Below, piece after piece: positions 50,783-61,371 of a stretch of 64,000 nucleotides of DNA. This stretch comes from Longimicrobiales bacterium (lineage in GTDB: Bacteria > Gemmatimonadota > Gemmatimonadetes > Longimicrobiales > Gaopeijiaceae): positions 544,001 to 608,000 of the forward strand of contig CBDAON010000004.1 of NCBI GenBank assembly GCA_965198065.1, written 5' to 3'. Both the position numbers and the translations under genes were made by a program. Under the pieces are notes generated by a model. It had not been told where the DNA came from. It made no database searches and saw only the letters and a program-made list of their open reading frames with translations. Positions within the stretch are counted from its first letter, which is position 1. Every line of letters starts with the position of its first letter.

Positions 50783-52369
50783 CTAAACTCTCAGCACGAC
50801 GGCCGTCCGGTCGTCCCTCCCCTCGAACCCGCTGCCCCCCGCCTGCAGGTCAAAGAGCGCCCGAACGACGTCCCGGACGGGGCTCTCGCGGAGCCGAGCC
50901 GCTTCCTTCACCACGCGCTCCTCGCCGGCCTTCCTAGAACCTTCGACGAGACCATCCGAAAGCCCGTCCGTGAAGAGGAGGAGAAGATCCCTATCCGGTT
51001 CCCACGGGACAGCACGCTGCCCGTACTCGACGGTGCCGCCGATGCCCATGGGGGGGTCCATGGCCTCCAGGCGCTGGACGTTCCCATCCCCCCTGATCGC
51101 AAACGCGTGGGGGTGACCCGCGTTCGCGTAAACCAGCTCCTTACGCTCCGGATCCACGACCCCGTAGAAGAGGGTGAGGTACATCTCCGTCGTCTCGAGT
51201 TCGTCCATCACGGCCTGGCTCATCCCCTCGAGCACCCTCGCGGGGGAGCGGAGCTCGGATGCGTAGATCGTAGCGGCGCTCATGGACAGGGCCATGATCA
51301 GGGCCGCGGGGAAGCCGTGGCTCGACACGTCCCCGATCATCACCCCCACCCGGTCCCCGGGGATTCTGAAGAAGTGGAAGAAATCGCCGCCCACCGATTG
51401 GGCAGGCTCGACCCTGGCAGCCACGCGGTCGGGATCGAACCCCTCCGCGGTGGGAAGGAGCTTCATCTGCAGGTCGTGGGCGAGCTCCATTTCCCTGGAG
51501 ACGCGCTCGCGCTCGAGGCTCTCCCGGATCAAGCGATTGTTCTCGAGGGCTGCTCCCACCTGGCTCGCGATAGCCGCGAGGAGCTTCTGGTCCGAGGCCG
51601 TGAAGTGACCGCCGCGGCGGCGCCCAATCAGGTTGATCACGCCCACTGTCCGTGTCTCCGCGCCGGGCGGCGTGTACCGAATCGGCACGGACAGGATGGA
51701 GTCCTCCTGCGTGGCCGGTCCCACCCCCTCCCCCTCCCCGGTTCCGAAATGCTCGCCCGTGAGGATGATCGCGCGGCCCTCGCGAAACACGCGTGCCGTC
51801 ACAGTATTCGGGTCCGTCGCCTCTAGCGGCCCCTCGAGTCCGTCTCCCCCCGCGGAGGCTACCAGGTGGAGGCGCTCCTCCCCGGGATCGAACACCCAGA
51901 GCGACCCGCGGAGCGCGCCCATGACGTCGCATAGCTCGGCGAGGATCGAGCGGGAGGCGTCCTTCAGAGGGAGGAGGGAGCCCAGGGTCTCGGAGATCGA
52001 GTAGAGGAGGTTGATCTCCTCGTACCGCTCGGACACCTCGAACGTGAAGAACCGCACTTCCTCGGAGTAGTCGAACAGATGCTCGAGCGCGGTCCTGAGC
52101 GCCACCGCCGCGGCACGAGCGGCGTCGGCCTCGCAGTTCCGGACCTCAAGAGTGATCTGGCTCCCCGCCCGCGTCGGTACGTCGAGGAGGAGCGAACCCG
52201 GAAGCGGAGCGGGGCCTTCGCCGTCCCCAGTGGAATAGACGTGCGACGCGCTCTCTCCGGAGCGGCCTCGCCAGAGGTGGAGATCGAGGGAGAAGGAGCG
52301 CCGGAACTCGTCCAGAACCTCCACCACCGCCTCGGGGAGCGACTCCCGGGCGGCCGGCTCCGGGGTCAT
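50783..52369 (-). CDS. GAF plus PP2C/SpoIIE phosphatase (RsbU-like)
   Basis: GAF domain; VGGDF, GDVSSHG, NAGHP, FTDG, DDRT. Confidence 0.9.
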   Translation of the reverse strand: MTPEPAARESLPEAVVEVLDEFRRSFSLDLHLWRGRSGESASHVYSTGDGEGPAPLPGSLLLDVPTRAGSQITLEVRNCEADAARAAAVALRTALEHLFDYSEEVRFFTFEVSERYEEINLLYSISETLGSLLPLKDASRSILAELCDVMGALRGSLWVFDPGEERLHLVASAGGDGLEGPLEATDPNTVTARVFREGRAIILTGEHFGTGEGEGVGPATQEDSILSVPIRYTPPGAETRTVGVINLIGRRRGGHFTASDQKLLAAIASQVGAALENNRLIRESLERERVSREMELAHDLQMKLLPTAEGFDPDRVAARVEPAQSVGGDFFHFFRIPGDRVGVMIGDVSSHGFPAALIMALSMSAATIYASELRSPARVLEGMSQAVMDELETTEMYLTLFYGVVDPERKELVYANAGHPHAFAIRGDGNVQRLEAMDPPMGIGGTVEYGQRAVPWEPDRDLLLLFTDGLSDGLVEGSRKAGEERVVKEAARLRESPVRDVVRALFDLQAGGSGFEGRDDRTAVVLRV

Positions 52370-52806
52370 GCCGATGCCTCTCGGGAGATCCTCTCTGGGT
52401 CGGGTAGGTGGAGAACTAACGTGACCGAGTTCCCCCGATCGTTGTAGCGGACCTCGTCCATCAGCTTCTTCATCAGGAAGAGGCCCCGGCCTTCGTCCTT
52501 CGAAACGTTGCGGGGCGTCGTAGGATCGGGCACTCGGTCGGGGTCGAACCCCGTGCCTTCGTCCGTGACCTGCGCGGTGAGCGAGCTTTCGTGGAGAAAG
52601 ACCTCGACCCGGACCCTCTTCGACGGGTCGCGGCCATTCCCGTAGATCATCGCATTTGAGAGCGCTTCGATCAGGCTGACGCGGAAGTTCAGCCGCAGCT
52701 TTCGGCCCACTTCTTCGCACGTGGAACATCGGGAGACCACGAACTCCACGGTCTCCTCGATGCACTGGAGATCATTCGGAAGCTCGAAGAGGAGTTGGCG
52801 CTCCAT
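52366..52806 (-). CDS. Anti-sigma factor kinase (RsbW-like)
   Basis: EALSNA, DEGTGF, GRGLFLM. Confidence 0.9.
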   Translation of the reverse strand: MERQLLFELPNDLQCIEETVEFVVSRCSTCEEVGRKLRLNFRVSLIEALSNAMIYGNGRDPSKRVRVEVFLHESSLTAQVTDEGTGFDPDRVPDPTTPRNVSKDEGRGLFLMKKLMDEVRYNDRGNSVTLVLHLPDPERISREASA

Positions 52807-52827
52807 GGAGGCTCGGTGATCGGGGCG

Positions 52828-53160
52828 TCAGAAGTCCTGGAGCCCCTCGGCCCTAGATCCCCCGATCCGGAAGAGCGTGTCGAGCTTCGTGAGCTCGAAG
52901 AGCGTGCGGAGGTCCTCGTTCAGACTCGAGAGGCGGAGATCCCCGCCCTGCTCGCGGATCTTCTTGGAGAGGCTCACGAGGACCCCGAGGCCCGAGGAGT
53001 CGATGTACCCGGTCTTCGTGAAGTCCACGAGGAACTTGCGTTCACCCCTATCCAACTCGTCCAGAACTTTTTGCTTGAGCTCCTGCCGGTTCCCGACGAT
53101 CAGCTGGCCGTCGACGTCGACGACGGTCACGCTGCCCTCGCGAGTCAGGTTAAACGCCAT
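52828..53160 (-). CDS. STAS anti-sigma-factor antagonist
   Basis: YIDSSGLGVL. Confidence 0.92.
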   Translation of the reverse strand: MAFNLTREGSVTVVDVDGQLIVGNRQELKQKVLDELDRGERKFLVDFTKTGYIDSSGLGVLVSLSKKIREQGGDLRLSSLNEDLRTLFELTKLDTLFRIGGSRAEGLQDF

Positions 53161-53242
53161 GAGTTCTCCAGTTGAAAGCCAAGAAAAGCTACCCAGACCT
53201 GCTCGCGTCGGGCAAGGTGAAGGAGTTCAGCCGTCGAGGGGT

Positions 53243-53740
53243 TCAACCGAACCGCTCCTTCAGGAGCCGGAGGACCGGGGCGGACACAAAGGAGGAAACG
53301 TCGCCTCCGAGCCGGGCCACTTCCTTTACGATGGACGCCGAGAGGAACGAGAGGTGCGCGTCCGGCGTGAAGAACACGAACTCGAGCTCCGGCGACAGCT
53401 CCCGGTTCATCTGGGCCATCTGGAACTCGTACTCGAAGTCGGACACCGCCCGGAGCCCGCGAATGACGAGCTCTGCTCCCCGCCGGCGGGCATAGTCCAC
53501 GAGGAGGCCCGGGAAGGCCTCGCACTCGATTCGCGGCTCGTCGGAGAAGACCTCATTCAATAGCTCGATCCGCTCGGCCACCGTGAAGGCCGGTGTCTTC
53601 GACTGCGTCGAGGTCTCCGCCACGCCGACGACGAGCCGATCCACGACCCTGAGCGTCCGGCGCGCGATGTCCTCGTGTCCGAGGGTAACGGGATCAAACG
53701 ACCCGGGATAGAGAGCGATCAACGGGCTTTGCTGGGTCAT
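53243..53740 (-). CDS. coaD: Phosphopantetheine adenylyltransferase
   Basis: YPGSFDPVTLGH, RGLRAVSDFEYE. Confidence 0.96.
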   Translation of the reverse strand: MTQQSPLIALYPGSFDPVTLGHEDIARRTLRVVDRLVVGVAETSTQSKTPAFTVAERIELLNEVFSDEPRIECEAFPGLLVDYARRRGAELVIRGLRAVSDFEYEFQMAQMNRELSPELEFVFFTPDAHLSFLSASIVKEVARLGGDVSSFVSAPVLRLLKERFG

Positions 53741-54264
53741 TCTGGGGGCTCCCAGATTGAGATCGTGGTGTCGCCGTAACGTCGCTGGCGAAGGCCGGGA
53801 AGGGCCCGAAGCGACTCTTTAGAGCGATGCTCGACCCAAAGCTCGCGCGCAAAAGGCTTCTCGGCCATTCGCTCGAGGAGGGCGGCGGCGAAGCCGCGGT
53901 CGTACGGCGGATCGGCCAGGGCGAAGTCGAAGAGGTCCCCCGTCCATGCGGTGACGAACCCGATGGCACTGGCCTGGACCACCCGCGCCCGGTTCCCGGC
54001 GCCGAGCGACTCGATGTTCTTCTCGAGCACCTGGAGCGCGCCCCGGCTCTTCTCCACGAAGGTGATCCGCCGCGCGCCCCGGGAAAGGGCCTCGAGACCA
54101 AGCGCACCCGAGCCCGCGAAGAGATCCAGGACGCTCGCGCCCTCGATCCGGGCCCCGAGCGCGGCCATCCACGCCTCACGAATGCGGTCCGCCGTGGGCC
54201 GGACCCCCTTCCCCCGGGGAGCGCGGATTGTCCTCCCCCGCCACTGCCCCGCAATGATCCTCAC
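53737..54264 (-). CDS. rsmD: 16S rRNA m2G966 methyltransferase
   Basis: RIIAG, RPT, LDLFAGSG, DPPY. Confidence 0.93.
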   Translation of the reverse strand: MRIIAGQWRGRTIRAPRGKGVRPTADRIREAWMAALGARIEGASVLDLFAGSGALGLEALSRGARRITFVEKSRGALQVLEKNIESLGAGNRARVVQASAIGFVTAWTGDLFDFALADPPYDRGFAAALLERMAEKPFARELWVEHRSKESLRALPGLRQRRYGDTTISIWEPPE

Positions 54265-54304
54265 CAGGGCACCCCGGGCTCCGCCGGCTCCCGCTCGCGC
54301 GTGG

Positions 54305-56080
54305 TCATGGGCCAACCAACGTCGGGACCGCGCTCCCCGAGGCCCGAACGTCCAGGAGTCGGGCCTGGAGCCTCCGGATTCCCCTGTACTCGTCCTCTCG
54401 GAGCTGAAAGAGGGCATCCACGAGGCCGCCGCCGAGAGAGCTTCCGACGCGATCCGCGAGGCCGAAGCCGATCGCGTCCAGGGAAGCGGATCCGTCCTTC
54501 AGGCGGAGCTTCAGGTGCCCGTCCCCCACCACCCGGGGTGCGGTCGCGAGATCGAGCCCGGTGGCCCAGAACACGGGGCGGGGGTTCCCGATCCCGAAAG
54601 GGCCCGCGTGGCGGATGAGCCCGTAGAGCTCGGCGCCGGCGTCCGCGAGGGGGATCGCCAGATCTGCGGTGAGCATCGGTCGGGGAGCTTCTCCCCCGAG
54701 CTGCTCCCAGACCGCCTCGTTGAAGGCGTCTCGGAAGGGATCGAGCGCCTCTTTCCTGAGATCCATCCCGGCCGCCTGCGCGTGCCCGCCGAAGCGGAGC
54801 AGGTACCGGCGGCACCCCTCGAGGGCTCGGAACAGGTGCACACCCGAGATCGATCGGGCGCTTCCCCGGCCCCGGTCGCCGCTCAGGGCCACCATCACGA
54901 CCGGCCGATGGATCCGCTCCACCACGCGGGACGCGACGATCCCGATCACTCCGGGGTGCCATCCCTCCCCGGCGAGGACGACGCCGAAGTGGCGCTCCGG
55001 GTCGAAGTCCCCGGCCAGGAGATCGAGGGCCTGGGCCAGCGTCGCTTTCTCCTCCTCCCGTCGGGCCCGGTTGGCCTCGTCCAGCTCTCGCGCCAGGGCT
55101 TCGGCCTCACCTGGATCTTCCGTGAGGAGGAGGCGCAGCGCGCGGGTGGCGTCCCCCATCCGCCCGGCCGCGTTCATCCGCGGGGCCAGGATGAAGCCGA
55201 CTTGTCCGGCCTCGATCGTGGACTGGCCCGTCACTCCCGACACCTGGAGGAGGGCCTCGAGCCCGACCTTCCTGGTGCACGCGAGGAAGCGGAGCCCGAA
55301 GCGAACGAGGATGCGGTTCTCCCCGGTCAAGGGGACCAGGTCGGCGACCGTCGCGAGGGCGACGATGTCGAGGTGCGGCCAGAGCTCCTCCTTCCCGATT
55401 CCCGCCCTCGCCGCGAGCGCCTGACAGAGCTTGAACGCCACGCCGGCGCCCGAGAGCGTCCCCTCCGGGTACGTCGAGTCCGGCTGGTTCGGATTCACAA
55501 CGGCGACTGCGGGGGGGAGCTCGGGACCGGGCGTGTGATGGTCCGTCACGATCACGTCGATTCCCGCGGCCTGAGCGCTCGAGACCGCGTCGTGCGCGAG
55601 GATCCCCGTGTCGCAGGTAACGAGAAGCGTGGCCCCGCTGTCCCTGGCGCGGGCGAGCCCGGCCGGGCCGAGGTCGTAGCCGTCTCGGAGCCGATGCGGC
55701 ACGAAGGGGGTCACGCGCCCGCCCATCCGGCGCAGCCATCGGGTGAAGAGCGCCGCCCCGCACACTCCATCCACGTCGAAGTCGCCGTGCACGAGGATGT
55801 GCTCCCCGCTCCGCACCGCGGCGAGGATGCGGGTCACGGCCTCCTCCATACCGGGCATCGCCTCCGGAGGGTGGAGGTCGTCCAGGCTGGGGCGAAGGAA
55901 GTGCTTCGCGGCGTCGGGCTCCACGACCTCGCGGGCTACAAGAAGGGCGCAAATCGAAGGAGGAAGGGAGAGCTCGCGGGACAGCCGCTGAACGGCGGAC
56001 GACTCGGGAGCGGGGCGCAGCCGCCACTCAGGCGGTGGAGGCGGGGGAAGGACCACCTCGGGGGTGGACCTCCGACTCAC
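54305..56080 (-). CDS. recJ: Single-stranded DNA exonuclease RecJ
   Basis: GDFDVDG, TDHH, PRMNAAGR, GSARS, GGHAQAAG. Confidence 0.96.
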   Translation of the reverse strand: MSRRSTPEVVLPPPPPPEWRLRPAPESSAVQRLSRELSLPPSICALLVAREVVEPDAAKHFLRPSLDDLHPPEAMPGMEEAVTRILAAVRSGEHILVHGDFDVDGVCGAALFTRWLRRMGGRVTPFVPHRLRDGYDLGPAGLARARDSGATLLVTCDTGILAHDAVSSAQAAGIDVIVTDHHTPGPELPPAVAVVNPNQPDSTYPEGTLSGAGVAFKLCQALAARAGIGKEELWPHLDIVALATVADLVPLTGENRILVRFGLRFLACTRKVGLEALLQVSGVTGQSTIEAGQVGFILAPRMNAAGRMGDATRALRLLLTEDPGEAEALARELDEANRARREEEKATLAQALDLLAGDFDPERHFGVVLAGEGWHPGVIGIVASRVVERIHRPVVMVALSGDRGRGSARSISGVHLFRALEGCRRYLLRFGGHAQAAGMDLRKEALDPFRDAFNEAVWEQLGGEAPRPMLTADLAIPLADAGAELYGLIRHAGPFGIGNPRPVFWATGLDLATAPRVVGDGHLKLRLKDGSASLDAIGFGLADRVGSSLGGGLVDALFQLREDEYRGIRRLQARLLDVRASGSAVPTLVGP

Positions 56081-56913
56081 TCTTGGGCGTCTCCCTCCCC
56101 GCCCGCCTCGTCCTCCTCAGTGCCAGCCTCGCCGACGGATGTGAGCGGCTCCTCCGCGAGCAAGCTGGGGAGGGGCTCCGTAAGGGACGGGTTCAACTCG
56201 GGCTCAGGTTCGATCGTGAGGATCACGCCGCACGCCTCGCAGCGGATGAGGGACTCTCCCTGACGGACCTCGTTCTGGATCTGGAGCGGGACCACGCCGA
56301 AGCAGTGTCCGCAGGCCCCGTCCTCGAGAAGCGTCGCCACCACGACGGTCCGACCGGACTGGTGAAACGCCTCGTAAACCCTCCGTTGTTGGGGATCGAC
56401 TCCGTCGAGGACCTCCTGTCTTCGGGCCTTCAGGTCATCGAGTCGCCCCAGGAAGGCCCCTCGGCTGTCCAGGAGGGCCTTCTGCTGGGGCCCTACCGCG
56501 CTGCGCGCCTCGGCCGTCCGATCGGCCAGCTCCTCCTCGGCCAGCTCGCTTCGACCGATCTGATCGATCAGGTGCAGAGCCTCCTGTTCGTCCGCCGTGA
56601 TCGCCTTCACGATGAGATCCAGCTCCGTCTTCACCGCGGCCTCTTCCCGAAGATTCGAGACTCGGGTGAGACGGGCCTCCATCTTGTCCACACGAGCCCG
56701 CTTATCGTCCGCGGCGCGCTCGAGCCTCCGGGCGTCCAACCTCATCTGGGCCAGCCGCTCACGAAGCTGCGAGAGCTCGGCCTCGAGCTCGAGGGTGGGT
56801 TCCTCCACCGCGGCCAGGCGTTCGTCGAACGCACCGATCTCTTTTTGGATCTCCTTGATCCGATCGTCGAGCTTCTGGAGCTCGCGAAGGGATCCCATCG
56901 TGGTGTTCGTCAT
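56077..56913 (-). CDS. Coiled-coil C4-type zinc-ribbon protein (DUF164-like)
   Basis: LQKLD coiled coil; CGHC...CEAC. Confidence 0.85.
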   Translation of the reverse strand: MTNTTMGSLRELQKLDDRIKEIQKEIGAFDERLAAVEEPTLELEAELSQLRERLAQMRLDARRLERAADDKRARVDKMEARLTRVSNLREEAAVKTELDLIVKAITADEQEALHLIDQIGRSELAEEELADRTAEARSAVGPQQKALLDSRGAFLGRLDDLKARRQEVLDGVDPQQRRVYEAFHQSGRTVVVATLLEDGACGHCFGVVPLQIQNEVRQGESLIRCEACGVILTIEPEPELNPSLTEPLPSLLAEEPLTSVGEAGTEEDEAGGEGDAQE

Positions 56914-56967
56914 CCGTTCACCCGTGCGCGTTGGTCTCCACGACAATATCCGGACGGGACTTTCCCG

Positions 56968-58806
56968 TCAGGTCTCACCTATCCCGACTCCTCCCCCGGA
57001 TTCCTCTGTGACGGCGGCTCCGCCCCCCGCAGGCTCTCGGGGCCACCGGGCCGCCTTCCACTCCCCGCGGCGCTCCCGCCGGAGGCGCGCTAGCTCTCCG
57101 AGGAGCCGCCGCTCGGTCTCGACCGAATCCGCCGTCCTGAGCGCCTCCTCGAGCTCGTCTCGGCGAGCCTGGAGCCCCCGCTCCTCCAGCCCCGAGAGCG
57201 CGTCCTCGAAGACCCGCTCCGTGTGCTCCAGGTCCTCGGGATCGCCCAGCAGCTCCTCGAGCCTTTGCTGGCTCTCGGGAGACAGGCCCGTTGGCAGCTC
57301 TTCGGTCCCGGCCCGCTCCGCGAGCGCCTCGAAGATCGCGCGGTACGTCGGGTCACGGAACGCCTCGCCTCCGATCCGCTCCACGGCCTTCTCCACCCAC
57401 GCGCGCATCCGGAGGAGGACGAGGAGGAGCTTCCGCTCCGCGCCGAGCCCGGTGAGCCGGGGCGGAGGCGCAAACCTCTCCGCCCGGCGGCCGGACGACC
57501 GGGTGCGGGGCACCGCGCCGGCGCTCACCTCCGCCTCGAGCGTCTCGCGCCGAACCCCGGTGCGCTCGGCGACCCGCGCCACGTAGATGTCCTGGAGCGC
57601 GGGATCCTTCACGGCGCGCACGGTCGGCAGGAGCTTGTCCACCGCCATCCGGATCCCGTCGCTCGATCCCAGGTAGCCCCTCTCGTCCAGGAGCTGGAGC
57701 TTTTGATCCAGAACGTCCACGGCCGCGTCCAGGTGCGGCCGGACGCCCGCAGCCCCGCAAGCCCGAACGAGAGAGTCCGGATCCTCCCCTGCCGGGAGCG
57801 TCACGACGGACGGGTGAACGCCCTCAGCGAGGAGCACGTCGCCGGCCCGGAAGGCCGCTCTGGTTCCCGCCTCGTCCGAGTCGAAGAAGAGGAGGGCACG
57901 CTTCGCGTACCGGGAAAGGAGGCGGGCATGCTCCTCCGTGAGCGCGGTCCCGAGGGCCGCCACCGCGTTTTCGATTTCGGCCGCGGCGAGGGAGACGACG
58001 TCCATGTAGCCTTCCATCACGAGCGCGACGCCTTCCCTCCGGATCGCGTTCCGGTTACGGCCGAGGGCGTACAGGATCTCGCCCTTGTGGTAGACACCCG
58101 ACTCGGGCGAGTTCATGTACTTGGGAATCCCCTTCTCCTCGCCCCCGAGGACCCGGCCGCCGAAGGCCACGACGTGGCCCGCCACCGACTCGATGGGGAA
58201 GATGATCCGGTTCCGGAATCGATCGTACGGCTCGGGGGAGCGCTCGGACGTCGTGAGGATCCCCAGCTCGAGAAGGAGCGCGTCAGAGATCTCATGCTTC
58301 GCGGCGGCCTCCCGCAGGTTCCGCCATCCGTCCGGCGCGAACCCGAGCCCGAATTTCTCGACCGTCTCGGCGCCGATCCCACGGCTTTCCAGGTATTTTC
58401 GCCCCCGCTCCCCGCGTTTCGGATCCCGGAGCTGCTCCTGGAACCATGCCCTCGCGAACGCGTTCGCCTCGTGGTGGGCCCGAAGCGGGTCCTCCCCGGG
58501 CTCGCCCCGGCCGCTCACCTCGCGCACCTCGATGCCGTATCGGGCCCCGAGCATCCGCACGGCGTCCAGGAACTCCATGCCGGCCTTCTTGCGCAGGAAG
58601 GTGAAGACGTCGCCGGACTCCCCGCAGCCGAAGCACTTGTAGAAGCCCTTGTCCGGGACGACGTAGAACGACGGGGTCTTGTCCTCGTGGAACGGGCACC
58701 GCCCCTTCCAATCCTTGCCGGACCGCTTGAGCGGAACCGACTCTCCGATGACCTCCACGAGATCGACCCGCGCGCGCACCTCATCGACCACCTCGTCGGG
58801 GATCAT
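56968..58806 (-). CDS. dnaG: DNA primase
   Basis: CPFH..CFGC, FGGR, KYMNSPE, EGYMD, DSDEAG. Confidence 0.97.
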   Translation of the reverse strand: MIPDEVVDEVRARVDLVEVIGESVPLKRSGKDWKGRCPFHEDKTPSFYVVPDKGFYKCFGCGESGDVFTFLRKKAGMEFLDAVRMLGARYGIEVREVSGRGEPGEDPLRAHHEANAFARAWFQEQLRDPKRGERGRKYLESRGIGAETVEKFGLGFAPDGWRNLREAAAKHEISDALLLELGILTTSERSPEPYDRFRNRIIFPIESVAGHVVAFGGRVLGGEEKGIPKYMNSPESGVYHKGEILYALGRNRNAIRREGVALVMEGYMDVVSLAAAEIENAVAALGTALTEEHARLLSRYAKRALLFFDSDEAGTRAAFRAGDVLLAEGVHPSVVTLPAGEDPDSLVRACGAAGVRPHLDAAVDVLDQKLQLLDERGYLGSSDGIRMAVDKLLPTVRAVKDPALQDIYVARVAERTGVRRETLEAEVSAGAVPRTRSSGRRAERFAPPPRLTGLGAERKLLLVLLRMRAWVEKAVERIGGEAFRDPTYRAIFEALAERAGTEELPTGLSPESQQRLEELLGDPEDLEHTERVFEDALSGLEERGLQARRDELEEALRTADSVETERRLLGELARLRRERRGEWKAARWPREPAGGGAAVTEESGGGVGIGET

Positions 58807-61280
58807 CGGTCCAGCACCGCAATGGTGACGCCCGCACCCCCCTCGGCAGGCGAGCCCTGCCGGAATTCCCGCACGCGCGAATCAGAGCGGAGGAGCTCCT
58901 GCACGCGCGCGCGCACGGCCCCCGTCCCCTTCCCGTGGATGATGCGGAGCTCGGGGAGGCTCGCCACGACCGCGTCGTCCAGCGCCCGGCCCATGGCAAG
59001 GTCTACCTCGTCCACCCGGAGGCCGCGGAGATCCGTCTCGGTCCTCGCGTCGACCCCGAGGGGGCCGCCCCCGGACCCGAGGGTACGGCCGCCCCCGGAC
59101 ACGGCGGCGGCCGAGCGACGGGCGGTCCGAGCCGAGCGGTCCGCGCCCCCGCGGGACTCGCCAATCTGTCCAGCGGGCTCGATGTCCGTCCGGGAGAGCT
59201 GGAGGCGGACGCTCCCCACCTCGACGGTCACACGATCGTCCCTGAACTCGCGGACCACGCCGCGAGCCCCGCTCCCCACCACGGTCACGGGGTCCCCTTC
59301 CGCGACCGGCGCCACGCTCCGGCCCCGCCCCCGCCGCTCTGAGCGGGGACCGCGCTCGCGCTGCGTCCGCGCGGCCTCCTCGACCTTGCGGCGAGCGATC
59401 GTCTCCGCGCCCTCCCGGGCCTCGCGCACCTCTCGGATCGCGGCCTCCACTTCCTCTCGCGCCTCCAGGAGGAGCCGGCGTGCCTGCTCCCGGGCTCTCG
59501 ACTCCGCGGTCCGCTCGCGCTCCTCGACCCGGGCCTCCCTGGCCTCCGTCTTCGCCCGAAGGCTCTCGGCCCTGCGCGACCGTGCTTCGGCCTCCACCAA
59601 ATGGCTCTGGAGCTCGCGCTCCTTCTGCTCCATGCTCGCGAGCACGGCTTCCAACCGGAGCTCGCCCGGATCCACATACGACTCGGCCAGGTCCACAACC
59701 TCCGCCGAGAGCCCGAGGCGCCGCGCGATGGCCAGGCCGTAGCTCCGACCCGGCCGCCCCTTCCGAAGCTCGTACGTCGGCTCGATCCGCACGGAGTCGA
59801 AGAGAAGAGAAGCGTTCACGATCCCGCTCCCATCCGTGTCCAGCCGCTTCAGGGCGCCCAGGTGCGAGCTCACGACGGCGCGGGTGCCCCGGGCCGCCAG
59901 GACCTCCAGGATCGCGCGCGCCAGCGCCGCGCCCTCGAACGGATCCGTGCCCGTCCCCAGCTCGTCCATGAGGACAAGCGTCCCCGGCCCCGCGCGCTCG
60001 AGGATCTCCCTCACGTTCGCGAGGTGCGCCGAGAACGTGGAGAGGGACTCCGTGATGGACTGCTCGTCCCCGATGTCCGCGAACACCTCGTCTACGACCG
60101 CGAGACGCGTTCCCTTCCCAACGGGAGGGACGACCCCGCTCTGGGTGAGGAGGTGGACGAGCCCCATCGCCTTCAGGAACACCGTCTTCCCGCCCGTGTT
60201 CGGGCCGGAAACGACGACGACCCTCTCCTGCGGTCCGAGCTCGATGGAAAACGGAACCACCGGAGCGCCCCGCTCGAGAAGGAGGGGGTGCCGCCCATTA
60301 ACCACGACGAGGTCCCCGTCGCTCGAGTCCAGGATCTCGGGCGGATGCCCTCCCCACGCTCCGGCGGAGCGCGCCCTCGCCTGGAGCGTGTCGAAGGCCA
60401 CGAGGGCGCCCAGCGCGTCGGTCAGCGCCTCCCTCATCGGACGCAGGCGGCCCGCGGCAGAGCGGAGGATCGCCTGCACCTCCCGCTCCTCCTCGCGATC
60501 GAGCTCGTGGACCTGGTTCATGAGCTCAATCGCGATCGGTGGCTCGACGAACAGGGTGGCGCCCGTCGCCGACTCCCCATGGATGACCCCACCCACCTCG
60601 GACCTGCCTTCCCTCCGAATGGGGACGACGAATCGGCCGTCCCGGACCGAGACCGAGGCACCCTCCACGCGGATCCTCTCGGGAAGGGACTCGAGGAACC
60701 GCTCGACCTTCCCGAGAACCTCGCCCCTCGCGCTTCGAAGCCGGCGTCGGATCCGACGGAGCTCCGGGCTCGCGCCGTCCCGGATCCCACCCTCGTCGTC
60801 CACGATCCCACCCAGCCAGGCCTCGTCCTCGGGGCGCTCGACCAGCCTCTTCCGGAGCGATGCGAGATGCGGACGGCGAGCGGAGGAGCCGGCCCGGGCA
60901 GCTGTATCCTCGGAATCCCCCTCGTCCCCGAAATCGGGGAGCAGATCCCGGGGCTCCCGGAGCTGGCCGGCGAGCTCCCGCGAGGCGACGAGGAGTCGGA
61001 GGGTAACGAGGAGCTCCTCTCCCGTGAGCACGCCCCCCTCGACCTCGAGGGCCCGGAGAGCGCCCCGGGCATCGGGAACGGCCGGCGGGGCCGACGCCGG
61101 CCGCTCCTCGAGGAACGCCATCGTCTCCGCCACCCGATCAAGCTCCGCACGGACGCGCCCCGCGTCCAATACGGGGCGGAGCGCCAGAACGGCTTCCCGA
61201 CCGATCGGGCTCGCCGCCCTTCGCGCCACCCGCTCGAGCGCGCCTTCGAACTCCAGCACGGCCAGGGCGTGATCGTTCAC
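58803..61280 (-). CDS. mutS2: Endonuclease MutS2
   Basis: GPNTGGKT, DIGDEQS, DELGTGTD, Smr domain with IIHGKGTG. Confidence 0.96.
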   Translation of the reverse strand: MNDHALAVLEFEGALERVARRAASPIGREAVLALRPVLDAGRVRAELDRVAETMAFLEERPASAPPAVPDARGALRALEVEGGVLTGEELLVTLRLLVASRELAGQLREPRDLLPDFGDEGDSEDTAARAGSSARRPHLASLRKRLVERPEDEAWLGGIVDDEGGIRDGASPELRRIRRRLRSARGEVLGKVERFLESLPERIRVEGASVSVRDGRFVVPIRREGRSEVGGVIHGESATGATLFVEPPIAIELMNQVHELDREEEREVQAILRSAAGRLRPMREALTDALGALVAFDTLQARARSAGAWGGHPPEILDSSDGDLVVVNGRHPLLLERGAPVVPFSIELGPQERVVVVSGPNTGGKTVFLKAMGLVHLLTQSGVVPPVGKGTRLAVVDEVFADIGDEQSITESLSTFSAHLANVREILERAGPGTLVLMDELGTGTDPFEGAALARAILEVLAARGTRAVVSSHLGALKRLDTDGSGIVNASLLFDSVRIEPTYELRKGRPGRSYGLAIARRLGLSAEVVDLAESYVDPGELRLEAVLASMEQKERELQSHLVEAEARSRRAESLRAKTEAREARVEERERTAESRAREQARRLLLEAREEVEAAIREVREAREGAETIARRKVEEAARTQRERGPRSERRGRGRSVAPVAEGDPVTVVGSGARGVVREFRDDRVTVEVGSVRLQLSRTDIEPAGQIGESRGGADRSARTARRSAAAVSGGGRTLGSGGGPLGVDARTETDLRGLRVDEVDLAMGRALDDAVVASLPELRIIHGKGTGAVRARVQELLRSDSRVREFRQGSPAEGGAGVTIAVLDR

Positions 61281-61371
61281 GGTTGTCCGCGGAGGACGGC
61301 AACCGGAAGACGGGCGCCGACCGCGAGGCCAACGCCCGTCTCACTCACACCCCGGCGCGGGACTCCCAGGC

